From Patellaria atrata CBS 101060 (Eukaryota): 61,698 nucleotides of DNA. The stretch lies in NCBI GenBank assembly GCA_010093705.1, contig MU006105.1:486615-548312 (forward strand), written 5' to 3'. Under the pieces are notes generated by a model, which was not told where the DNA came from, did no database searches, and worked only from the letters and a program-made list of their open reading frames with translations. The translations under genes and the position numbers were made by a program. Positions 27,591 through 38,700 of this stretch are shown piece after piece. The first letter of the stretch is position 1, and each line of letters starts with the position of its first letter.

Positions 27591-28481
27591 TCACTTGACT
27601 ATCATACGTTCCAGGGTTCCATCGGAGATTTCGATCAATTGAGTAAGTCTATTGGCATCTCTCATGATAGCTGGAATATCTTCCCTAGTCATAGCCAGTT
27701 TCTGCTTGACCACATCGTACTTTTCTTCTCTGGACGTATACTCTCGTATGACTTCTCCTGTTTCAAACTCGATAAACACCCGGGTATCTCGAATCCGGAA
27801 GATGACATCGTCTAGGCGCATGAAGAACCTAGAGAGGAGTAACATCCGGGCTGGCATAACCCTAACTTTGCATGATAGCATTGCGATTCCGTTATCTGCG
27901 AGCTCATCCTCGTATAGCATAACATCGTCGAAGAATAGTATAGGGTCAGGTCGTTTGAGAAGGGCTAGAGGGATGAGAGTTTCGCTAGGTTCGAAGGTAC
28001 TACCGTTGGGTGATGTTACAGTTCCCTTGAAATCAGTGCTGTAGGACCAGTCGAATGGTTTGACGACCTCTTTGATATCTTCGAATTGTTTTTGTCTAGA
28101 TATGGAGATTAGTCTATACAGATAAACAAATCCATACTTTGCAACTTGTGCGCACCTATTTTGTTGCCATTCCTTTGAGTATGAAACCTTAAGCATGGCA
28201 TCACCAGTTTTGTCTACACGATCCAGCGCATCGAATGCATTGAAGTCGATACTCCAACCAGTAGCAGGATGTTCGATGCGAACACAGTTATCGCCAAAAA
28301 TCATCTCAGGAGGAGTAATCTTTAATCTGTCTGTCATCTCTTCTATAGGCCCTGCCTTGAGTATAGGTAGTTTCTGAGTGGTGATTTTGAATCCTGCTTG
28401 AGTGACGGAATTTGTTGCTTCATCTTTGACGGGTAGTGGAGTATCGGCGGGTCCATTGAAGCTTCCATTAGCTGAGGCCAT
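27591..28481 (-). CDS. TIP41: Type 2A phosphatase regulator TIP41/TIPRL
   Basis: Motifs PEMIFGDN, VKPFDWSYSTDF, ILFFDDVMLYEDELADNG and RFFMRLDDV..RIRDTR. A probable in-frame intron at ~28156-28097 (GTGCGC...CTAAT...TAG) is read through by the ORF track. Confidence 0.93.
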   Translation of the reverse strand: MASANGSFNGPADTPLPVKDEATNSVTQAGFKITTQKLPILKAGPIEEMTDRLKITPPEMIFGDNCVRIEHPATGWSIDFNAFDALDRVDKTGDAMLKVSYSKEWQQNRCAQVAKYGFVYLYRLISISRQKQFEDIKEVVKPFDWSYSTDFKGTVTSPNGSTFEPSETLIPLALLKRPDPILFFDDVMLYEDELADNGIAMLSCKVRVMPARMLLLSRFFMRLDDVIFRIRDTRVFIEFETGEVIREYTSREEKYDVVKQKLAMTREDIPAIMRDANRLTQLIEISDGTLERMIVK

Positions 28482-28828
28482 AATTGTAATCGATTTGCTG
28501 TCGTCTTGAATGTTTGAAATACAATATCGACGTATTTAACTGCGGAGTGCTTTTAGGTGGAGGGCGTGGAGGGGCAACTCTAGGCGCATGAATCGCGGAT
28601 TGTTGCTGTGCGGAATTTCCCTAGCAACGGCCCTAAACAATCCTAAGACCATCAAACACTCGAAACCCCAAACTCTACAGGACGAAGGACAAACAACCTA
28701 AAATTCTTCAACTCCCGGATTCTGGACTTGTCTTTTCGCGTTTTCTAATTCTTATCTATTTGCATTGTGCTTCTCTCGTATCTTCTTCTTTTTCCACGAC
28801 TTTGATCTTCGCGTCTTCAGCAATCACC

Positions 28829-30123
28829 ATGGACACTCAGAATCTCGAAGCCGCTTTCGAGCGCACTACGCTTAATGATGAAAATGGGTACCAGTATGCG
28901 CATAATTCTAAAGTGAGCCTCCCAATCAATCTCTGATATACCCTATACTGATGATTTTGAAGGCCTCTCTCTCCACTGCAATGTCCATTGCAGGCCTCGG
29001 AGCATCTACCAACGCCAACAGAATGAAGCTTCCACTTCAAAAGCTACAGAATGGTGCAACAATAAAGATAGCAAATGCCACAGCTACTGTCACAAAAGTA
29101 ACTCTTCCATCTCAAGCAGCTCAAAGGGATCAAAGCTCCACCTCCCGTTCTTCAGATGAGAACTCTCAGCGCACCTCGGATGCACTCATCCGCCAACCTT
29201 CAGCTCCAAAACAATTCCACTTGGGTATGTTCGAGATTGGAAAACCCTTGGGTAAGGGTAAATTTGGCCGTGTTTACCTGGCCAAGGAGCGTTCATCCGG
29301 ATTCGTATGCGCTCTGAAAGTCCTCCATAAACATGAACTCCAAGTGGGCAAAGTCGAGAAGCAAGTACGCCGAGAGATTGAAATTCAATCCAACCTCGCG
29401 CACCCAAACATCCTCCGTCTCTTCGGTCACTTCCATGACTCTAAACGTATCTTCCTCATCCTGGAGTTTGCAGGAAAGGGCGAGTTGTACAAGCACCTGC
29501 GTCGGGAGCAAAAGTTCCCAGAGTGGAAAGCAGCCCAGTTCGTCGCGCAAATGGCGGCCGCTCTCAAGTATCTGCACAAGAAACATGTCATTCATCGTGA
29601 CATCAAACCCGAGAATATTCTTGTCGGCATTCATGGAGAAATAAAGCTCTCTGATTTCGGATGGTCGGTACATGCTCCTAACAACCGACGTGCGACTATG
29701 TGCGGTACCCTTGACTATCTCCCTCCGGAAATGATCAAGCCGGGCTCCGACGACAACACATACAATGAGAAGGTCGATCTTTGGAGCTTGGGAGTGCTGA
29801 CGTATGAATTTTTGGTTGGTGAAGCTCCTTTCGAGGATACTCCCGTTATGACCCAGAGAAGGATTGCGAGGGGAGATATGACCATCCCGTCGTTTGTGAG
29901 TCCGGAGGCGAGGGATTTAATTAAGAGGGTAAGTCGTTGACAGCAGTTTACGTAGAATATCATGGACGCTAACGTAACCTAGTTACTGGTCCTGGATCCC
30001 GAGAAGCGGCTACCGCTTGATCAGGTACAGCAGCATCCGTGGATCATTAAGCACTGTGTCAAGGGCGAGAGGGCGACTGAAAGGGCTTCGGGAACGAAGT
30101 CGAGGAATGCTCTTGAGGAATAG
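28829..30123 (+). CDS. IPL1: Aurora kinase (Ipl1/Ark1), 3 exons
   Basis: Motifs [47 protein letters not shown] and [24 protein letters not shown]. Introns 28913-28962 and ~29929-29982; TAG at 30121-30123. Confidence 0.95.
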
Positions 30124-30378
30124 ATTTTGTGCAATTTCGGATCGGATCATTTGGAACGTAATGCATAATGAAGACGGGAGTCAAAGGACTTATAGGTATC
30201 GGCGTGAACGGCGTTTGTACCAAGCAGCTGTTTTACATTCAGCATTGGATGGAGTTGGGTTGGGATGATCTAGTACAATACACCGAAATCAAAATAACGC
30301 CGTCGCTATGCTGCAGACAAAAGTCCCTGACACGCCCATATACATCTCCCCTCCAACACCTGAACTGCTTCTAGGGTA

Positions 30379-31246
30379 TCATCGATAAATCTCATCAAAA
30401 GGTCTCGTATCACCAAAACAACTATCCCAAACCTCATTCACCAGCTTCGCAGCATGCACATCATCCCTAACCCCTGGTCTAGCCAGCAGCGAAATCGCCG
30501 CCCTCCGCTTCACGCACGTCTGCAGATGCGACGAAAGCTTCCACTGACCTTTCGTGAAGAACTCCCGCGTGAATCTACACTCGCCCGATAACGTAGACGC
30601 CCTTATCTACATCGACAATCAGTCCCTCCCCTCAAGCGACCGTCATGGTCAGGTGTAGGGCTGGTTGGGCAACTCACCTCCGTGCAGGCCTGGTGTCGGA
30701 GATTCCACCGCTCCACTTTGAACCGCAGGTGGTCGTACGCGTGGACCATCTCGTGCGCGATCGTGTCCTCCATCTCCCCGCGCGCTTTTATCTTATTCGC
30801 GCACAGGAGGATCCCGTAGTCTTCGCTGAAGCCGCCTTTTTTGTGCGTGGGGCAGCGGCGGCAGCGTATGTTTGTGGGGTTCAGGTCGCCGCCGAGGAGG
30901 GCGATTTGTTGTTGCATGAATGTGACGATTGGGCCTGTGGATAGCCAAATGGGTCGGTTAGATGTGTGTGTGAGGGGAGAGGGATATTGGGGGAAGTTAT
31001 ACTGTTTTTGAGAAGCCAGTCTCGGTCGCTCTCGCATCTTTTGCAGTCTTGTTCGACTTTTAGTGTATCGCGTGCTTCTAGATATTTCATAGCATCGTCG
31101 TATGAGAGGGTCCCGGCTACGGCTTTGAAAAAGTTCTTCCAGCTGTAGGCGGAGAAATCGGGTTCGGGGGTGGTATTTTCTGCGCCGGTGGAGGGGATGA
31201 TGGAGGGAGGTGGATTGCGCGCCTTGTTGTCGTCTGGTTCTACCAT
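30379..31246 (-). CDS. ATP23: Mitochondrial inner membrane metalloprotease Atp23 (peptidase M76), 3 exons
   Basis: Motifs [50 protein letters not shown] and [14 protein letters not shown]. Two GT-AG introns. Confidence 0.93.
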
Positions 31247-31531
31247 TATTGCCAATGCGAGAATATAGAGTTAGATGAAAAGTTAGACGAGAGGAATATG
31301 CGTCGATTCGAACAATGTAGTGGTTTTGCGCCCTCCCGATCATTGACGTGTGAAGGCGGTGGATATAAATTTCCTACTTGGGTTTGGGGAACTTTTTTTT
31401 GACCCACGCCGACTCCACAACTCCACAACAACCACATAGGACTGTTGTATCTGAGGGAATATAAGAATATGATGAACCTCGCAAAATGGTTAGTTATTAT
31501 ACAAGTTCAATTGAGTTTCTAGGAAGCTAAT

Positions 31532-32973
31532 ATGGTCGTCAAAATGAAGAAACACCTCACAATTGTCATCAAGCTTGGTAAAGTATTGCCTGTACTACAT
31601 GTTCTCTACAACTCCAATTGTGCATGTGCTAATGGCATAAAGGTACAAGCTCTATCGTCGATGAAAATTCCCACGAACCTCTCCTCTCAATCCTCTCTGT
31701 TATCGTCGAGACTGCCGTGAAGCTGCACAAAGATGGACACAAAGTCGTTCTCGTCTCCTCTGGCGCCATTGGTATGGCACTAGGCCAGATGAACCTCGAC
31801 AGAAGACCAAAACACCTCCCCAAGGTTCAAGCATTAGCAGCGATAGGACAATGCCGTCTCATGAGTCTCTGGGACCAGTTATTCGGCCATCGAAAACAGC
31901 CGGTTGCTCAAATTCTGCTCACGAGGAACGACATTGCGGATAGAACACAATACCTCAACGCCCAAAACACATTCATTGAGCTCCTAAACATGGGCGTCAT
32001 TCCCATAGTGAACGAAAACGATACCCTTGCCGTCACTGAGATCAAGTTTGGCGACAACGACACTCTATCCGCCATAACGGCCGCCATGGTGCAAGCAGAT
32101 TACCTCTTCCTAATGACTGACGTCGACTGTCTCTACGACACTAACCCGCGCTCCAACCCAGACGCCAAAGCAATTGAAGTCGTCGACGACATATCCTCCC
32201 TCACAGCCGACGTCTCCAGCGCCGGCTCCGCCCTCGGCACCGGCGGCATGAGTACCAAAATCGTCGCCGCCCGTCTCGCAACCTCCGCCGGCGTAACAAC
32301 AGTGATAACCCGGTCCTCCAAACCCGGCAACATCGCCGCTATAGTCGAGTATGCCGAAGCCCAAAAAGCAGCCGCGCCCGGCCTAGCCACACCGGACGAT
32401 TCCCTCGCCAGCTCCACCGCCTCCCTAGAACTAGCCACCGTATCTTCCTCCCGCCCCCCGCTCTCCCGCAGCACCAGCCGCGCAACCACCCTCCAAAATC
32501 CCCCACTGCATACCCGGTTTTTACCCGCCCCGCGCCCGATACGCGACCGCTACTTCTGGCTCCTTCACGGCCTCGCACCCCACGGCAGCATCTACATCGA
32601 CGAAGGCGCGCACCGGGCCCTCTCCAACAAAGCCGGCCTCCTCCCCGTCGGCATCGTAGACGTCGAAGGCACCTTCGCGCAGCAAGAGAGCGTGCGCATC
32701 TTCGTCGTCCGCCGCCTCCCCCCAGCGGAAAAGCACCAACCGTTTGCGTACGAGACTGATCCCGCGCCGAGGGAGGTCGGCAGGGCACTGGTTAATTACA
32801 GCGCCGCGGAGATCAGGCGGATCAGGGGTCTGAGGAGTAGTGAGATTATTAAAGTGCTGGGCTATGCGGATAGCGAGTATGTCGCGCTGAGGGAGAATGT
32901 AGCGTTTTTTGGGGGCCAGAGGAGTAGGCCGCCGACGCCGGGGGTTGGTTCCACGGGGGGTGAGTTGATGTAG
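31532..32973 (+). CDS. PRO1: Glutamate 5-kinase with PUA domain, 2 exons
   Basis: Motifs IVIKLG|TSSIVDE across intron 31578-31642, VLVSSGAI, IPIVNENDT, KFGDNDTLSA and GTGGMSTK, plus a C-terminal PUA domain. Confidence 0.95.
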
Positions 32974-34248
32974 GGGGAGTACTGAGGATGGGGTTTGATG
33001 GGAGGGGGGGAATATGGGCGTTGGGTAGATGGGTTGGTGTTCCGTGTTTCTAGGGTAGATGGGTAGATGGTTATTATTATTTCGTCGTTAATAGCTGATT
33101 CCTGAGTGAATTAAAGTGAGGGAGTCGCTGTACTGCGAATGCCGCACCGAGGAGGTCCTGTACCTAGAACCTCCGTTCAGTTCATCAAGCTTCTATTGAT
33201 GAAGACCCTACCTCATTTCGTGCTTATTGAAGTTTATAGAGTTGTCCTAACGTCGTATCTGCTTATGGCCTCGCTTCTGAACCATTTCATCTATCAGGGA
33301 ATATACCCTCACATCTCCCACACTGTTTCATGAATTCTTCACGTTACGAATATAGGGTTCATAGATATGTGTGCGAAATGCGGTTAGAGATAGATTTCAA
33401 CTATAGAGTAGGATCGCAATCACAATCGAAACGGGGAATATCGGAGAGACAAACACAGATCCGGTTTCGTGGTGTGTACTCAGCTAGTCACGAGAGTTGA
33501 TCTGATTCGATAGAAGGGAGTGGTATGGAATTTCTTTGATAGGACGGGATAGCGGACTGAATGAGGGAGCTGAAATGAGGGATATTTGTTCGGGAAAGAT
33601 GATTGAAGTTGGAGTTGAAGATTGTTGTAATAGATACGGCGGAGGAAGTTTGGAGGGGAATACTGAGTGATACTGCGAATAATGTGGGAATTTGGGATGT
33701 TAGAATGAACGTTGGTAAAGATAAAATTATAATAGATAAATATAGTAGTCAAAAGTTTAGGTAGACAAACTTAAGGACGAGAAAAGACTGAATGGATACC
33801 CAATATAAACACTAAAGACGAAAGTTGATATCAAGTTTAATTGAAAAGTCTCTATAGAGACTATTTACTGAAGTAGGGAATTAAGGCGTAAGAAATGAAA
33901 GAAACACGGAGGAGCGATATTAAAAGAATATACTAAGGTATAATGAGGAAAGTAAAATAAAACCGCTATCAAGAATATAAGAGGATAATATTAAAGGGAA
34001 TAATAATAAAGTAAAAAGAAACGGAAAAGTTAGTAGCACGGATAATAGAGAGAGTATAGTAGATTTTATTAGAGAATTAAATAGCGAGATCCTAAAAAAA
34101 TTGACTAAAAGATAAAATATAAGATACGATAAGTATACGCGTTAGAGAATATAATTAGCGTAAAGTTTACACTTCGAGTAAGAGATATATAGAGAAGCGC
34201 AATAAGTTAGAGATTCCGAGTTAAGAGATAAGGTTCGAGAAACGCAAG

Positions 34249-34763
34249 TGTTACAACGGGAGTCTATACTTATCGAGATAGAATAGGATAAGTCTAGAAA
34301 CGCGCCTGGCTTCTCACTTAACGTGGTCAACCACTGGGGTAGGTTTGGCAAAGTGATAGGATACGTATAACAAAGGCACTTCAAGTTGACGATACAACTT
34401 GCTGACTCCTTGACTTCGGGTAATGCTCACAATGAGACAAGACGTACCGTATGGAAACAGCGTAACAAATGAAGTCAAGTTCAAAACCGTAACATCCAAA
34501 TCTATGGGTAAGATTGATGGTAAGAATAACTACGAAGAACTTAAATACATGAGGGAAAGACCGTCCTTAAATATTTCTATCCTCTATAGTTCAATTTAGT
34601 CGTTTCGCACCTTTGGACGTGCTGGACGTAGAACCCCTTCTACGTCCACAACGTCCACGTCACGTGATTCCTGTATCACCGTTTCCCCCACAGTTGTGCC
34701 GTATGGTCCTCCCATGTCCCCCACTTGCTAACGACATGCTTCCAACGATTTGTGGCCGTAACA
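34249..34763 (-). mobile_element. Solo LTR (family B, copy 1)
   Basis: TGTTAC...GTAACA termini. Flanks GCAAG / ATAAG (5-bp TSD with two transitions). Shares ~345 bp at one end and ~14 bp at the other with 34929-35551 in reverse complement. Confidence 0.8.
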
Positions 34764-34928
34764 ATAAGTGAGAGACACGTCGAGTGAAGGGATAGAGCTA
34801 AATAAGTTTCAACTGAAAGGCAATATAAAAGACGGAAACGAGACGGTTCTAGAAAGAGATAGACTTAAAGAGGTATATAGAGAGAATATATATAGAGAAA
34901 AGGCGTGTAGAGAGAATATCCGGAAAAG

Positions 34929-35551
34929 TGTTACGGCCACAAGTTATAGGAACATGTAGTCAACGAGTGAGGGGAAGGAAGAAAGACCACTCGGGGGAAC
35001 TGCGGGTGACACTGGCGACTAGGGTCACGTGACCTGGACGTTCGGACGCGTTGGTCGTATGGTCGCAAGGGGAACGGCCAAACAACCCAAACGACCAAGC
35101 GACCAGGAGAATGGACGTTTGGATGCGTTGGTCGTACGGTCGTAAGTAGAACGACCGAACGACCAAAACGACCGAACGACCAAAACGACCAAACGACCAC
35201 CAAATTAAACTATGAAGGAAGAGGAATATTTAAGGACGGTCTTTCCCTCATATATTTAGATTCTTCGTAGTTATTCTTACCATCAATCTTACCTATAGAT
35301 TTGGATGTTACGGTTTTGAACTTAACTTCACTTATTACGCTGTTTCCATACAGTACGTCTTGTCTCATTATAAGCATTACCTGAAGTCAAGGAGTCAGCA
35401 AGTTGTATCGTCAACTTGAAGTGCCTTTGTTATACGTATCCTATCACTTTGCCAAACCTACCCCAGTGGTTGACCACGTTAAGTGAGAAGCCAGGCGCGT
35501 TTCTAGACTTATCCTATTCTATCTCGATAAGTGTAGACTCCCGTTATAATA
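34929..35551 (+). mobile_element. Solo LTR (family B, copy 2)
   Basis: Begins TGTTACGGCCACA and ends CCGTTATAATA (transition-mutated CCGTTGTAACA). Perfect 5-bp TSD AAAAG (34924-34928, 35552-35556). Internal AACGACC tandem array at ~35150-35198. Confidence 0.82.
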
Positions 35552-35564
35552 AAAAGAGGATAGG

Positions 35565-35796
35565 TGTAAGGGCTTTGTCACGGATCCAGACTCGTGGCAC
35601 AAGCAAGGATATAGAATACGAGGACAGTAGATCATCAGATAAGATATTAGCTAGTGGCTTGGCACGATCATAATCCACTTGTCGGATCGTGCCTCGCGAT
35701 CTATCTTGATACTCTTTGCGTGTTACTTTCGTAGCTAATTAACTAGTTACTATTACTTTGACCCTATCTTTGATTACTTGTGAACAAGCCCTTACA
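35565..35796. mobile_element. Solo LTR-like element (family C)
   Basis: 232 bp bounded by inverted termini TGTAAGGGCTT...AAGCCCTTACA. No clean 5-bp TSD, but AAAGAGGATA occurs on both flanks. Confidence 0.6.
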
Positions 35797-38700
35797 AAAG
35801 AGGATACGGAAAGCGCATTAACAGCGGAAACATCAATATCATAATAACTAACTTCGGATAGACTAGTACTAATATGGAAATGGCGTTGAAATAGGAAGAT
35901 AATACGCAAAAGTAAGAATAAAACGATATGAGGAAAGAAGACTTCTAGCATAAATTAGCATAGCACGACTTGAAGCGACAAGCTAGAATGACCGGAGGTA
36001 TAGAAAATAGATTAACTCTAGGATACCCGAATAAATGGGAAGCGGTAGAATGCGGACGGTATAAGGAAAGGTATGCTAGAAATAGATTGACATAGGCCAT
36101 TAGCTAAACTTCTTACGACTTTACCATGCAAAAGCTTACAACATGCACAATTGCTCCCACAACCGACGAGAATGCTCTCATACCGTATAGTGACCGTAAG
36201 CAGTGCCTATTGTACCGTATGCGTCCTTTTAACCTTAGGTGGAGTGTGCCGGTATTTCGAATATCTTCGCCCTCTGCATCCAAAAGAGACCGGGGAATCT
36301 TCTCGACAGCATCGAAGATCTTGGCCCTTATATCCAATTGTTTGATGCTATCCACGACTCCGCGTGTCGATTGTGAATCTGGATCTTTCTCCTGTGTCGA
36401 GGCAATCACTAGGGAAGCAAGCCACATCAGCTAGGACGGCGTGCCAAACTGCTCAGATCGACGAGGCAGCAAGCAGAACCTATGGTTTAACTCTGAATGA
36501 TACAGTACATGAAAGATTGACACAAGGAGTGTCAGCTTCACGGCCGGCTCATCGTCTATCCCTTATTCTTCTCCGTTGTGTGATTTCTTTGCCGGGGAAA
36601 AATGCCAAGACCAACGGATTTCGGCAAGCCGCGCCGTCCAGACGACAGCATTGAAGGGTTGGGAGTTTTTGATAGAAACTAAATGTTGTGAACGCGTTGT
36701 TTATAGAGTGGAATGCTTGAAGAAGCTAAAGGAGAGATGCTGCTGATGTTTTGTAGGGGAAGCCCGGGGGAGGCTGCTGAAGGCGGCGAAGCGGAGAAGG
36801 CATGCTATCGACCAAACCGCATATTTTCATACTAGAGTAGAGCGGAGCTCGCTAGGAAGAGTCAGTTCACCCTCAAAGATATTCTTTAGAACTGCATGCA
36901 CATCGTTGTCGTTGAGAGGGACCGGTGTTGACCGCGTCGACCTCGGACGATCGTAGGGCAAGTTCGCCGTCAAGGCAATGCTCAGGTGATGGCGGAATAT
37001 TTACGAGATGAAGCGCATCACAGAATGTAAAGAGGGAAGCTGTAGAACCGCAGATGAGGGCGTGGGCAGATGCAATGGGCGCTGTTGGGCGTCGTGCTTG
37101 GATGATCTGAAGGCGGAGAAGGCGAAAAAAAAAAAGAAAAAAAGAAGGCCTCCTCGCCCGGAAGGCGGAGGGGCGCGAAGGAGGGTAATGTGAAATCGTT
37201 CCGCTCAACCAGACATTGCCTAAGACGAAGGAATGGCTTTCATGAGCACGAGAAAGCGCAAGGAAGGTGGTTGGAGGAAGCGGGGAGGGTGAGTCGAAAG
37301 TTCGAAGAGAAAAGCTCGGTTTTCCGTAGAGGCCTGATGCCATGACGCAACGATTCTTCAGCAGCAACGAAAGAGAACAGGACCGCATTTCGACCAAATA
37401 TTTTGATATTCTAACAAAACAAGCAAACCAAGGCCAAACCTCAGGTGATGCCTAACTAGAAAGCATCCAAACATGAAAACGTCCTTCAAAATGTTTTTTT
37501 GGACGGGGAGGGTCCAACCGGCGAAGATCTGACGTACTGTACAAGCTCCGAACTCCTCAAACGAACATAACGATCGACGGATTTTGGAAATAAGAAAGAA
37601 CCGCAAGCCCTGCATGAATGCCTTGCTTGTAGCTTGGATAAATGAGATGTATGATCCCCCGTAGAACGATATGAACTCCTTAGGTGCAGTATGCACTGCT
37701 GTGCATACCTTCATCACCGATCTCGACCGGAAAACAACGGAATAAGCTGAGTGATTTGTACCAAGGGTAACAGCTTTCGTGGACAGCCGTACGACCTTTC
37801 TGGAGCGCCATTGCCAGGGAGGACATGGAGATGAGGAGAAAGAGGGAAAGGGATTGACACAACGGAGAGGGGGTATACGAATACATGGAGGGCATAATGC
37901 AGAAGACGCGGAACGAGAGACTCTCCATCGTAAAGCAGCATTAAGGTCCCCTGAAGAATCTATATTGTGGCGGTAAGGGATTGATGGGATGAAGTGAAAG
38001 TCAAGACACACGAAGGAGTCTGCGTAGATATGTTGAGAGATTGAGTTCAACCTACCCGTCTGCGCATCGGCGTACGATGAGCCAAGCTCCCTTCGATGCC
38101 AATGTGCTGGAATTCGGAGTTTTTGCAGAGAAGAACAAAATCGCACGGCGTTCTGTCAGCATGCCGCGTAGACACAAGGATAGGAAGATAATGGATATTG
38201 AGCGGTGGTGGTGAGAGAACCGAAAACGGAAAACGATCTTCCGAAGCTGCAGAAGGTAATATATTCGTCCCATGAGTCGAGTAAGAAACCCGTTGATAAG
38301 CTGACCTGGGTTCCACGATATACGGAAATATAGACCATGTTCAGTGCCACAGCATGAATAGATCTCGATAGAAGAAAACGTAGAAGCGCGGCGTTTCCAT
38401 CGACATTGGACGTTCTTCCTTGGGCGGAAGGTGTTACGTTATAGGATTCTCCCAGCAAAGGCTAAAAGAAAGTTCCCTAGTGCCCTAAGAAAAACATGTA
38501 TAAGAGAGAGGACTTACTTATTGGCTAAGTTCCCAAGAAAACGTTAGAAAAATGCAGGAAGAAACTCTATCAAGGTTGAAGGAAAAGGATGCAAAATCTG
38601 ATCCAAGGTATGGGAGAAAGCTGTGCATTTGAGCACAGAGAACATGAGGAGTTTCTGCTCGAATGGTTCGTCGGATAGGTGGACCGTATTCCGGTTAAAT

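Larger units (their letters stand above)
33480..36110. mobile_element. AT-rich degenerate repeat region (RIP-like) hosting three solo LTRs
   Basis: Sharp drop in GC with TpA excess and CpA/TpG depletion relative to flanking genes; no intact ORF. The host element family is not identifiable and limits are approximate. Confidence 0.55.

Noticed and set aside
35150..35198. AACGACC array as a CRISPR-like repeat
   Set aside because: Short tandem repeat without unique spacers, inside an LTR in a eukaryotic genome.
34142..35673. Duplicate small ORFs MKCLCYTYPITL... on both strands
   Set aside because: Chance frames within the two family B LTR copies; non-ATG starts.
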